Part shown: positions 36,868-48,722 of the stretch, piece by piece
How positions within the stretch are numbered: position 1 is the stretch's first letter
Layout: the number at the start of each line of letters is the position of its first letter
NCBI GenBank assembly: GCA_964187785.1
Contig: OZ076417.1
Location: forward strand, 45,818,001 to 45,882,000
Source: Amphiscolops sp. MND2022
Lineage: Eukaryota
Length of the DNA: 64,000 nucleotides
Direction: 5' to 3'
Position numbers and translations under genes: made by a program
Notes under the pieces: generated by a model
Told to the model about the DNA's origin: nothing
Seen by the model: the letters and a program-made list of their open reading frames with translations, nothing else
Databases searched by the model: none

Positions 36868-37396
36868 GCCAGTGTAAAAACTCTTGCAACTCTTTATAAG
36901 AATCTTGGGTATTCCTGGATTTATTAGTAAGAATCTTGCCAAAATTTTTACCAAGAAATCCACGAATTTGCAAGATCTTGCAAGATCGTGCCAAGAAATT
37001 GAAGAGAAAAACTGACAAAAGTGAATGAAAACAAACAAAAACCGACGCCAACTGTAGCTTGATCAGCGTACCTATTATGCCGCAGCTTTCCGCGCTACCA
37101 CCTAAGCTATCACGTTCTGAAATTCAATACTTTGTGTTGTCCTATATCAAATACTTCATAGAATGATTGTGTAGCTGGTAGTGCGAACAACAGTGAATTA
37201 TTGGTAAACAAAATTGTTGTTTATTTTACAAGTTATTATTTTCTTGACTTTCTTGATAAGACTCCCAACAAGATTCCTATCAAGAATTTCAAGAGGTTTT
37301 TGTAAAGCAAGAATAAACAAGATCTTATCAAGACTTTCAAGAGTAAATGGGAATATGTAAGATCTTGGCCAGAATTCCAAGAGTTTTTACACTGGG
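36868..37396. mobile_element. Second copy of the CCCAGTG MITE family
   Basis: GCCAGTGTAAAAACTCTTG ... CAAGAGTTTTTACACTGGG, flanked by AC/AC. Interior homologous to 35270-35988 (GCTTGATCAGCGTACCTA, GAATGATTGTGTAGCTGGTAGTG). Confidence 0.75.
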
Positions 37397-37398
37397 AC

Positions 37399-37897
37399 GG
37401 AATCTAGGAAAACTCGTCGAAAACAACTCGTCGAAAACAACTCGTCGAAAACAACTCGCCGAAAACAACTGGTCGAAAATACTAGGCGGAAAACTCGTCG
37501 AAAAGCAACTCGCCGAAAATGCTCCGGTGGAAAATTCGTCGCAAGGACTAAAAATAATCTCAGACAAATATAGCGCTAACTTAGTCATCGTACTGTGTTG
37601 TCAAGTTCTAACTTGATATGAAGTATTAAACTGTAAACTATAAAAGTGAAATATATTTCAAGCAGTTATATAACTAAAAAGGCGTAAAACTAAAAATTTT
37701 ACGCATCAATTCAGGAAAATTAATCAATAATTTGCACTGGATAATCCCTGTTTGTAATCTGTAATTATTCGACGAGTTTGCACTCAATTATTATTCGACG
37801 ACTTAATTTTCGACTAGTTTTCCGCTCTTTAATTTCGACGAGTTGTTTTCGACGAGTTGCATTCGGCGAGTTGTTTTCGACGAGTTTTCCGCATACC
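37399..37897. mobile_element. Foldback/MULE-like MITE whose arms are built from 14-bp AACTCGTCGAAAAC tandem units
   Basis: Left arm (37399-37530) and right arm (~37770-37897) are inverted. Flanked by a direct repeat (C)ACTGGGAC of 8-9 bp (37390-37398, 37897-37905). Confidence 0.8.
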
Positions 37898-39377
37898 ACT
37901 GGGACTTCATATCTGTTGCTCATTATGACTCAATTGAAGTTCTTTTGTCTGATTCTGTCCTTCTTTTATGATAGTTTGTTTAATAGTGGCTGTTTTCCTA
38001 TTTTTTTTGTATAGCGTCTAATGGGGGTATGATGAATAGTTCAAGATCCGTGGGATGATCTTACTGGAATCGTGATTTTAATCTGGCGTGGGTGGTTATC
38101 TGCGCGTAATGCTACGCGTGATGTCTCCAGATGTGAAAACCAACATAATCTGTTCATGAAATATTTTATAAACATGAAATGTTGCATACATTTTTTTCAA
38201 AATGCAGACATTCTTTGTCGGATTTTACAAGCTGCATTCAAAATCTGTAAAATATTTGAGACTTGGTCTCTAATTCCTCCATTTGTGAATGCAACATGGA
38301 CATCTTTTCGGAACGAAAATCGCATACCTCTCATCTCGTGAAGTTGAATTGAATTGACGTTTCCTGTCTGAAATTGCATTTTTCAGCCTGTTGAATCCAA
38401 TTTGAAGAACCAATCTTTCATGGCACGAACAAATGTCACAAAAGACGTGCCCATTTTCTTGGAAAAAATGACCTCTTTTAGATTTTTTGTCAACCATATT
38501 TTTTGATAATGAATATTCTATTGTAAAGAAAATTGACTGAGCGAGCTAACGAATTTTCGCTAGCGAGAAATAATCAATGAACCGTCCGACGCTGTACAAA
38601 CATGCATAATTTAAAAGGGTTAATTTTAAAAGTAGTCTTTGGACTCCAAAATTTTACCTGCCCAAAATTTGGTTGGAATTACGAATTCTGAATTCGTCAA
38701 TTTCACGTTCCAATTTTCTCTTTTTTTTTAAACGACCGCTCCCTGCGATATTTTCATGAAATTTTAAGTAGCGTTCGGCTAGCTGATGAATTATGAATCC
38801 ATTCGAAGCGCGTTAACAGCTGAAGTTCCTTTTCTGTAGATTATATTGGTCAGAATTCGAGAGGGAGGTTTTGAAGTATGTGCTAAGGCTGTAATAACAT
38901 CAACTGTTTTTAAACATTGCTTGCCTTTAAGCTCAAAATGAAAGATTGCTTTGGGGAAATATTTGTTTGAATTTATTCAAAAGCGAACCTCAAAAGTGCC
39001 AAAACATTCAGTGGCGCGGCAAAATAAAAAGCTAAAACCGCCAGCTGCGGATTATTTGCTCGTCAAACTACAATTTTTCCTCGCCAGCTTTTTGGACAAT
39101 TGGAATTTCTGACGCTGAAATTGAATTCAAATTTGCATTTGTTCGCAAGTTGAGCTGACAGCTAAAAATATCAATCGAAGCTGCAAAAACTCTTTTTATT
39201 TATGTAAACGCTTTGTTTCTGAAGAGATTTCAAGTGCTTGAAATTCATCCAAATTTCCCTCCTCTTGAAACTGAAGAGCCTTACTTTTCATTTATCGTTC
39301 TTCAATATTTCGAACCATTCCCGGGTTTCTCTTCCATACAAAAACAGGTCAATCATACTCTGCCATCATACTCACAG

Positions 39378-39598
39378 TATGATTCCAGGCTGATCATACT
39401 CTGGACCATAAAGGTTTATGGTTCCAGGCTGACCATACTCTGGACATATATGGTCCAGTCCATGATCAGCCTGGAACCATAAAAAGCAAAGTTTATGGTT
39501 CCAGCCTGGCCATATTCTGGGCCATATATGGTTCAGTCTATGATCAGTCTGGAACCATAAACCTTTATGGCCCAGAGTATGGTCAGCCTGGAGCCATA
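39378..39598. repeat. ~220-bp imperfect palindrome of six ~33-bp units in mixed orientation
   Basis: Unit TATGGTTCCAGGCTGACCATACTCTGGACCATA; 39378-39449 is the reverse complement of 39527-39598. Confidence 0.85.
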
Positions 39599-40027
39599 AA
39601 AAGAAAATTAGGATAATGTAGTCAATTAACGCGTACACTGATGAAATTACAAGATATTCCTCAACCAAAGGTCCAATATAATCACCAAATTGAACACAAG
39701 GTAGCAATCATCAATTTTGGTCATCTTTTGCTGAATTACTGGTAATTTTTCTCGAAATAATCGAAAATCATACTGCAAAGTGGGTACTGCTATAACAAAA
39801 GAGTTAGTTATTAACTAAAGAGTGGCTGAGAACAAACTGCGTCACTATAGTTTGTCTTTAACTCCGCTTAGAGCTTAACGGAGTTCTGACCTGCAATGTA
39901 TCGTTCGCAGATACAAAAGGTCGAATGTGGCTCCATTGCCCTCAGCCTATAAAGCTGGCTGTTCTCAATATTTGAAAATTTTTGTTTGGGTTGCATGTCA
40001 CGTCAACACACGTTTGGAACAAAAATT

Positions 40028-40113
40028 TATGATTCCAGGCTGACCATACTCTGGACCATATATGATTCCAGGCCGATCATACTCTGGACCATATATGATT
40101 CCAGGCCGATCAT
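40028..40113 (+). repeat. 2.6 direct tandem copies of the same 33-bp unit
   Basis: TATGATTCCAGGC at 40028, 40061 and 40094. Confidence 0.85.
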
Positions 40114-40399
40114 GGCAAAATCATAGTAAGGAAATTTGTATGACTTCTATGGTGCCATATAGTCAGATTATTATCGGCCTGGTCGGGAAACTCGGGTTTT
40201 CAAACCATTCTCAAACCATTCCAAACATGGTTAGTCAATGTTTACAGAGTAATTTTTTTCAATTTTCAGTTTCAACTAAAAATTTTAAAGATTTAGAGGC
40301 ATTCCCAGCCATGTTTTAAAGGCCCCTCCGTTCCATAAAAAATGGCAGCGAAACCTTATAATTTGACGATTTGTTCAACGCATAGCCAAAAAAGCAACA

Positions 40400-40763
40400 G
40401 AGAAGTTAATTTCCCCATTACCGCGGGGAGGACGCCGAATAAGCAGTTCTGCTTTTCTAAGTTGGCGCCCTTTCGGATACTATCTTCCCATAGCGAGCTA
40501 TGGTACCATATTTGCAGCCAAGTGGTCAAGAAATGGTGGTTTTAATGTGACTTGCTCAAGGTCACAAAGGTCTGACTGCTCACCGTTGCTCTTTTTATTT
40601 TTGCTGTTTTCTCTGCCAAATGCGTTATTTCTTGTCACTGGCCATACCACTAAGCCAGGGATGAAGGACTTGCTTAAGGACCAACAATGGTGAGTTGTGA
40701 GAGATTCGAGCCTGATACCCCCCATTACAGGCCGAATGCTCTAACCACTACGCCATGCTCCCC
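40400..40763 (-). mobile_element. tRNA-derived SINE, best-preserved copy, with a CORE-like motif
   Basis: Minus strand GGGGAGCATGGCGTAGTGGTTAGAGCATTCGGCCTGTAAT...GGCTCGAATCTC (A box, CTGTAA loop, B box); TGTGACCTTGAGCAAGTCAC at 40547-40566. The 3' end is approximate. Confidence 0.8.
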
Positions 40764-41553
40764 TTGCATGCAGCATGTATTCTGCATCAGCAAAAAAGCT
40801 GATGAGCGACAAAAATTTCACCGTAAGACTGGTCGAGCGTCATCGGGACACGCTTTCCACTGGTCCAAACGCTGAGAAAATAATGGATCTCGAAGAATCC
40901 CAATTTGCAAAAAAAGTCAAAATTTTCCATATTTTCCATTATTTTGGAAAATTTTGGTCGAAGATGAAATCCATTTTTTTCCTCGGTTATCAGAAACATT
41001 GCCCCCCATGACTTCAGGATGCAGGGGAACCTTCAGTTCAATTGCATTCATTGGTATATTAGTTCTTGACAAGGAAAGATCAGATTAACCACTTCCACGT
41101 ATTCAGAGAGAGAGGTGAAATAGTAATTACTATTAAAAATGCGAAATTTTTGTTTCTACAAAAGAGTTTTGTTTTTTTCTCAAAAATGTCGTGGTCGAAT
41201 TATTTCTATTTTATTTTATGAGCTATATACACTCCAATCAAGACGCCTTGTGACACATTAAATAATGAATATTGGCCAATCATTTTTGTAAATTAGGAAA
41301 AAATCTTGAAAATTATTTTCGCTATGTAGGTTGTGAATGGCCCAGGTTTGAACTAATTCGGACATTGGAGCAATGGAAGTGGACGTTTTGAAAACACCAC
41401 TCTCTGAAGTCTTTTATTTGCTTTTTCTTTTAAATTCCTAATCCCTTTTCTTTTTCTTCTTCTTTTCCCTTTCTTCTTTCTATTCTATTCGGTCATTATC
41501 TTTGAAACAAACATTCCAGCAGTTTTTCCATTTTGAGATGCAGAGGCTGTTTA

Positions 41554-41976
41554 AACGGATGCGGTACAAAACAGCCGATTTTCAAAACGAGACAAAACAG
41601 CCGATTTTCAAAACGAGACAAAACAGCCGATTTTCAAAACGAGACAAAACAGCCGATTTTCAAAACGAGACAAAACAGCCGATTTTCAAAACGGAACAAA
41701 ATGAGTGCTGTTACAGCCAATATGCATGGAACTTGGTTTATTTGAAGAGGTTCATATTTGTTGTATAGCAACATTGAGGCATTGCCATATGGCACGTCGC
41801 TCCGCTTCGCTTCGCTCCTGCATTTAGGGAACTTGCGGTATGTGAACTTAGCTGACTACGTTATAATAATAATTCTATTGACTGCTAACCTTACGCATAG
41901 ACGAAATCGGCGATTTTTATTTTTACCAATCGGCGATTTTCTGTTTTAAAATCGGCTGTTTTGTCCCGCTCGCGTT
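41554..41976. mobile_element. TA-flanked MITE containing 5 x 26-bp tandem repeats (41567-41696)
   Basis: Unit CAAAACAGCCGATTTTCAAAACGAGA with no spacers. Inverted copy AAAATCGGCTGTTTTGTC at 41948-41965. AACG..GCGG.ACAAAACAGCCG occurs at both ends. Confidence 0.65.
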
Positions 41977-43582
41977 TATAAACTACTGAGTTTACATACT
42001 TCTGCACAAAAGTACATTGCTCCGAGTTTTTCTGTCACTACGATAACACTTTTTTTCCTACTTACTTCGGATTTCCTTCCCACACAACAAACATCTTTAC
42101 AGAGTTTACTGAGAGTTTCTTCAAACAAAGAAAAATTATTGGAATTATTGAATTCATTTTGAAACAAATAAAAAATTTCTTGCTTTCGGAGTCATCCCTG
42201 GTACGTTTGTCTTTTATATTTACAACGCAATTTTTTGCCTCAAACATATGGATCATTCTACAAGCCTGCTTATAAGTTTCTGGAAGATTACAATCCAGCG
42301 TCCACTACTTCAACCAAGTTTCCACTTCGTTACCGACTCGATATCTTTTTTCCCACCCCGGCCTTTCAAATAGTCAAATTATGTCATCACCATGGATAAG
42401 AAAAAGTTGACGCAAATTTCACTTCATTGTTCGGAATTTACTGCTATTCCAAATAAGAGCCAAATTGACAGCGAGTTTTCTAAAAAGGCATGGCTTTATT
42501 TGGATGGCAGCTGGAGTCGTTTGGTAAGTTCAAGTGTGGAATCCGAACAAGTTTTGACAGAACTGATCGAACTGTCATCATCATTGGAAAGCTGGCGCCA
42601 AAATCAACATAAAAATACCTATATGCTATTCTGCCATCTGTTACTACAATGTTGATTGTAAACATTAACAGAATAAAATTGGCATCATTCGCACCTCAAA
42701 CGCCAATTTTCACCCATTTTTTGGCGTTTTTTGCGCATTTTTAATGCAATTTATTGCACAGTTTTGGTTTCTAGAAGGCCACTTTCGCCATTTGTTGGTA
42801 TTCACCGTCAGTCAACTTGGACGCATAAAATGACGCAATCTAGAATTCATAATCGAACTGAAGTTGGTTTGCATTCAAATTGCGGTTAATTTGATGAGTT
42901 TTCTCCTGCGTGTAAAACACTAAGGCGTATGAAAACCTGCAAAATACCGTGGCTTGGAATTGCAACAAGTAAACGTGGAATTTCGAATGGCTCAAGGGTT
43001 AGGATCGTGCTTCCCAAGCAGGATGTGGTGATTAGAATACGTACGCTAAGAACTATAATTTTTTAATGGTTTGAAGTTTTGAGTTTTAACGAGATCAAAG
43101 GCTCCCCTTTGGGTTTTTTTCGACACCGTACGACTATTTGGAAAGTTTATCAACTAACAAAGAGACCTCTTCTATTTTTGTTTCAACTCCTGAAAAGACT
43201 TTTTTTGAGCCTAAAGTGCTCCTTTTTGGCACTGCGCGACTTTTTTCCGTATTTTTGTTTTTTTATTCAATTTGGATTTTTTTTTGGTTTCAGTTAGAGA
43301 AAAGTTTTTTTCCGTGGCCACATGTTCCCCTTCGGATTATGCTTGACTATCTGAACAATTAGAACTTATTACAAGCTACTTTGAGCATGTTTATGAAACT
43401 TTCTGAGCCTTGAACCGGGTACCAATTTGAGACCTTGTCTTGTTTTGCTGGAGGAGATGTGGCTCAAAATGTCTAGAAACGACAAATTATAAAAAGAAGT
43501 TCTTGCACTCAATGGAGAACTCTCCCAAATGGTACCAACATTAATACCGACTAGACCGGAAAGACCCCACGATGACGCACTA

Positions 43583-44397
43583 CCCAGGTTTTCGATCTTT
43601 GCGAATCTGTGCAGATCTGCAGGATTTTTTCTGCAGGGTTCTGCAAAGATCGTTGCACTGAATCTTGAAGATCCATACAGATCTGCAAGATCTTTACAGA
43701 AGTGTGCAGATTTTCTTCAAAGTTTTTTGCAGGAATATGTTTTTCTGCAGCTTTCAAGGAACCAATATACTGCACTTTTTCAACTATTTTATCGAGTATT
43801 TTAGCTGACCTAAGGTCAGTCAGTAGAAATTTTCCATCACTCAAAATTCATGAGAAGGAAATATTGTCCCCATCACGGTAATTTTGGTGTCTGGGGAATA
43901 TTTGGTATAGGTCATACACTACTTTATGTATTTCACTCTAACTTTCCAGAAGCGGTTGTTCAACTTTGAGAGGCTCGTTTTCCATATTGATTTCGTTTTG
44001 GTAGATAAAACTTGACATGTGGCAACCTTCTGGGTTGGTCGATGTGTTGATAAAGTGCTGTTGTTATATTATTTCCGCAACATAGTTTGCTGGAGTATTT
44101 GTAGTAATCGCTGTTAATTTGGAATACGTTATAGTAATTTATTGGTCATTGTTTGGCTCTGTAAAGATCTGTAACCTCTACAGATCTTTACAGATTGCTA
44201 CAGAAAAATGTTTCATCATTTTGACATAATTGAGACCTCTCTCCAGTTTTAAACATTTTTATTACTCGTTTGACATCGCTGTGGGGTTTTTATTGGGTTT
44301 CTGAGTACGTCAGTTTTTCTTCGAATCTGCACACATCTGCAAAGATCCGCAAAAATCATGCAGATCTGCACAGATTTGCAAAGATCAAAAACCTGGG
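43583..44397. mobile_element. MITE with ~47-bp TIRs (CCCAGGTTTT.GATCTTTGC.AATCTGTGCAGATCTGCA)
   Basis: About 3 mismatches between the TIRs; TA on both flanks (43581-43582, 44398-44399). Confidence 0.85.
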
Positions 44398-44619
44398 TAC
44401 TGATTGCTCAAAGTCTTTTGATTATGCTCGTGTTCGGGTTTTATAAAATTTCTAAATAATCGCGAATCTCACAGTACCAAAAACTACCACCAAAGTGGGT
44501 TCTTTTTGGTCTCATATAGTTTTGTAAACTGAAGGGGGTATCGCTCGCCGCTTTCGGTGCTTTTTAGATCTTGGGTGAAAACCGAAAAGATGTCGTGTTA
44601 TTGTGAGTACTGAAAAACT

Positions 44620-45118
44620 TTTGAGTGCAAATTGTCCTACGTATATTGGCTACAGGTATAAAAGTCTTTTATTCTATCCGCAACATCCTTTGGACGCAAC
44701 CTCAAAAAACACGTGTTTCACTGCTGAATCCACTAGTTCTAAGTCATCTTCATTACTGTTGTGTTTTGATAAATAATATTTCGCAGAATCTCCGGATACC
44801 TCTAGAGAAACATTTAAGCTGGTCTGTTAAAGCTTGCTTTCACAAGAAGAAATACGACTCATCGAGAGATCTCAAGTTCCAATAAAAAAAATTTACCTGT
44901 AGGGTTTCAGGACTTGAAAGCTGCTCTTTATTTCTGGAAATATCAAAATAATTTATTACCGGCCTTCCAACATCAGGTAATTACAACGGAAAAACTGAAA
45001 GTACCCAAAAGGTCAAATCGTTTGGTTTATGACTCAATGACTAATAGCAGCTACTTGAGCAACAGCTTCTTCAAAAAAATGTTCCCCTGTGGGACAAACT
45101 TTCCTCTGAATTAAAAAC
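44620..45118 (+). pseudogene. 5'-truncated LINE ORF2 C-terminal fragment
   Basis: SLLNPLVLSHLHYC and downstream SFF..K..PLW..L-like residues typical of CR1/L2 ORF2 ends; interrupted by stops. Confidence 0.6.
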
Positions 45119-45120
45119 GA

Positions 45121-45650
45121 AACAAGACGGGAACGTCCCAAGTCGGCGCCATATCTTAGGCTCAAAAATATTCAAGGAACAACTATTGGAAAAATTTGGA
45201 AAAAAAATTTTTTTTCAAAAAAAAAAATTTTTGATTTTTTTTCGAAAAAAAGTATTTTTTAGGTCGCACAATGCCGAAAAACTCAAAAAGAGGCCATTCA
45301 GGCTCATTCAACTTTTTCTACAAACCGAAAACTTCAAAAAAATTCAAGGGGGTACCCTTTGATAAATTTCGAAAATTTTCGAAAAAAGTCGCATAGTGCC
45401 GAAAAAAACCCAAAGGGGGGACCCTTTGGTCTCACATGTACTTTTGGAAGCATTAAAAAATTTATGGTTTAGTGCGAGAATCGAACCCACGCTCCGGCTG
45501 GGTCGAAGATGGAAGATGAACAAATATGAAAGATGAACAAAAATTGTAAGAAAAGTGGACCACTCAGAGTGAGATTGTCAACTGAAAAAAAAAACTACTC
45601 ACTGTAAGAGTCGGGCTTTTTTCCTTAAGGGAAAAGGCGCCGACTAAAAA
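45121..45650 (-). mobile_element. HINE-family copy E, with a tRNA T-arm/B-box segment at 45465-45492
   Basis: Both termini intact (AACAAGACGGGAACGTCCCAAGTCGGCGCC; GGCGCCGACTAAAAA). Minus strand GCGTGGGTTCGATTCTCGCACTAAACCA. Confidence 0.82.
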
Positions 45651-45937
45651 TGGACATATGATACTATCAATGTTAAATCCAAAGACTTTTAACAAGACAA
45701 ATATGAACATCAAATTGAAACACCAGAATTTGACAAAAATGTTGGACGGAATACCGGTTTTTTTTAATTTTTCTTATTTTATCGTATTATAATTTATAAT
45801 TTCTGTGTAAGGTATAAGTAATTTTTTTTGAAATTTGAACTTGTACACTGGCTTTTATAAGGAAAGCTTTGGTTTTTTTCTTATATAAAGGAAACTCAGT
45901 GTTTTTATTTTGTTCAGCTCCAGCGGATTGAAAACAA

Positions 45938-46536
45938 AACAAGCCGGAACGTCTGAAGTCGGCGCTATATCTAAGGCACAAAAAGCGCAAAGTTTTTAAA
46001 ATTGTAAAAGGGGGACCCTTTCGACTTTGTGAAAATCCAGTTTGTTGCAAAATATCAAGAAAATTGAAGGGGGACCCATTGGAGACATTTGAAAAAATTC
46101 AAAAAAAATTTTGAGAAAAATTTCGAAAAAAAACGAAAAATGAGAATTTTGAAACAGTCTCATAGTGCCGAAAAAGTTGATAGGGGAGACCCTTTGGGCT
46201 TTTTGAAACTTCAGTTTGTTGCAATATATCAAAAAACTTGGAGGGGGACTCTTTGACGACAAAAAAATCGAGAAAAAAGTCGCACATTGCCGGAAAAAAT
46301 TCAAAATGGGGACCCTGTAGCCCCGTCCGGTTTTGTATCTTACGTTAAAAATTGAGGACACGAAAGGGGGACCCTTCGCACTAACTTAGATGCGTTTCCG
46401 CTTGCCGGTTCAGTAGTTCAGTAGTTCCGTTAAAAAGTGTCCACTACGCATATATTCTGTGGTCTGAGGAAAAAAAGAAAAAAAACTTGTCACTGTAATA
46501 GTCGGGCTCATTTTGTTAAAATGCGCCGACTAAAAA
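45938..46536 (-). mobile_element. HINE-family copy F
   Basis: AACAAGCCGGAACGTCTGAAGTCGGCGC ... AGTCGGGCTCATTTTGTTAAAATGCGCCGACTAAAAA. Confidence 0.82.
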
Positions 46537-47422
46537 CGGCAAAAAGTCACAAAACTAGTCGGTCTATTATCCTTCATGAAAAGAAAACCACTGGAAGTAA
46601 AATTTGCATCTTTTCTTCAACATGGATTTTCATCAGGCAGACAACTTCTTGACACAGAAACGAGAAAAATGAGATCAGAGATTATGTGAAAGTGTAAACA
46701 TACTCCACATCTGTGAAAACTGACGAGTAAATCAATTTTTTGCACTGCTTTTTGTCTCCAATTACTAATCCATTGTTATCAATTTGACCTTCGGTTGGTC
46801 CAGGAAACAGTGTTAATCTTTAATCATGTAACTCTGTCTGATATTAGAGAAAACAGTCGGAAGGTTTGTGAAGAGTCAAAGTATACTTGAAAGATGGGGT
46901 GAAATCAGATCACAAGGTCATTGAGGGAAGAAATGCGTGATGAAAAAACGGGATTATTAAGAGAATCCATTAGAAAAATCAATTTGATTAAAAGTGTCTG
47001 ATGCACCAAGAGATGAAAATGCAAGAATGATAAGCTTTTTAGAAATTGTTTTGTTCACAATCAGAAGTTTCTTCTATAGCGAACAAACGCTCCTTCATTT
47101 AAAATGCAAAGTAAATCTGGTGTTTCGAGCTGAATTTATAACTCAAAATACAGTACTGTGAAATTTTTGTGCCTGCGGTTTTTAGAATTGCGAATGCAGA
47201 AATTTAAAGGCCAGTGTAGGGACCTTTGCATGATACAATGTCTCTACTTTAGGATAAAAGGCGTTGTAGAGCAGTAGGAAAATCTAATTTGAAGACATTT
47301 CAGTCAGCTCTTTACACTATGGTACCAGAAAGCTACGTACACCTGTTGAATTTTTAAAAACTGAGAGGAAAATTTGAAATTTAAACAGAAAAAAAATATA
47401 ATCAAATTAGGAGACAAACACA

Positions 47423-47991
47423 CTAATAACCAATCATATTTCCATCGTTTTTTATAGTTTTTACGAGGCGACTCTCATAAGATGCGTACATATTTCGGAT
47501 AATTTCGGGACTGATATTGTTCCAAATATCAATCACTGTTTCTTCCAAATTTTCCCACGTTAGAGTTTGTCCTTGCAGGGATTTCTTCAGTATAGCCCAA
47601 ATATTTTCCATGGGGTTCAAATCAGGACTATACGGAGGCCATTCGAGCACATCCCACTTCTTTTCACTTAGATAGTTGGAAACCTCTCTGCTTCTGTGAA
47701 TTGGGGCATTATCGTGCTGGAAAACAATGTCCGGTAGGTGCAAATTTCTGTCATACTTTTCAAGAATTTCGACATAGCCGCTGCTATTGAGTGTTGCCGG
47801 GCATCTAATTAGCATCTTCCTGCCATCCGATCGAATAGCTCCCCAGAACATAAGCGAGCGTTTATCAGTGTTCTGCCCTTGAATATTTTTTGAGTGGAAA
47901 CGCGATCCTTTTTCTCGGAAAACTCTTACAATACCGTCACTGTTCAGACGCACACGAGTTTCATCAGTGAAAACCACATTTTCCCAGAATC
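47423..47991 (-). CDS. Tc1 transposase catalytic half
   Basis: FWENVVFTDE, FWGAI, FQHDNAPIH, WPPYSPDLNPMENIW; 34 residues between D and E; open to the stop. Confidence 0.88.
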
Positions 47992-48722
47992 CTTTTCCAT
48001 CCAGCCAAGATTATTATGTAAAACTTCATGAGAAAAAGAATAGCAAAAGTAGAGTACTACAAAAATCTGCGATAATAAAAAACAAAAGAAAAAGTCAGAA
48101 AAAGTTGAAACACTTTGTCGATAAATTTGAGGCTTAAGCAGGTCACCGACTTACGCTGTTCCCCGATTGTTTACGGTTCTTAGTCGGCGCTTATATCAAA
48201 AAGTGCCCGACTATTACAATGACATTTATTTTTTTAGTCGCCGCTTTTAACTGTTCGAATTCAAGTAGATTTGGCGCAGCCGGTTGAATTCTCACTTTTG
48301 ACACCAAAGATTGTGGGTTCCACCCCAGGGCTGTCCCGTGTTTTTAGACGATTTCGCAAACAGAAGAAAAGGGTCACCCTGTGAATTTTTTTCGGCCCTG
48401 TGAAACAAAAAAAAATGAAATATTCGAAAAATCGAAATTTTGAAAAAAATTCCAAAATTCATGCATGGATTTTGTTTCAGTTCAAGGCCGTAATTGGAAG
48501 GTTTCAAAAATAGAAGAATGCATTCTTATTGTGAAATGTTGTGAAAAAAATTGGGAAAATTCCGAAACTTTGAGATTTTTTTCGAAAATTTCCGATTTTT
48601 TTGCTGAAAATTTTCGTCTATTTGCGGACTCTGTGTATGACTCTGTGTATGATTTTCCTTCCCAAAATTGAAAACTTTTTACTATGTACTTTTTTCAGTG
48701 AGTGCAAGGCTGGACAAAAAAC
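47992..48722. other. 731-bp insert in the transposase gene, with GT...AG ends on the transposase strand and internal TCCAGCC inverted ends (48000-48714)
   Basis: Removing 47992-48722 gives ...KKPLG|FWENVVFTDE in frame. The insert contains a decayed HINE 3' end (48129-48171), a HINE 5' end (48180) and a tRNA-like segment. Confidence 0.7.
48265..48335 (+). pseudogene. Degenerate tRNA-like segment within a HINE-family body (copy K)
   Basis: A box TGGCGCAGCCGG (48272-48283) and B-box-like GGTTCCACCCC (48316-48326); the cloverleaf does not close. Confidence 0.45.

Noticed and set aside
38270-38497. ORF with CDIC/CPCC as a BED zinc-finger transposase start
   Set aside because: His ligand spacing is not convincing and no downstream transposase motifs or TIRs were found.
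41567-41696. 26-bp repeat array as a CRISPR array
   Set aside because: The units are contiguous with no unique spacers, there are no cas genes, the context is eukaryotic, and an inverted copy marks it as a MITE end.
42480-42665. Minus-strand exon candidates (ORF 42480-42665, or the alternative frame LSNDDDSS...PSK*)
   Set aside because: There is no family motif, and the two frames are equally plausible; they cannot be supported from sequence alone.
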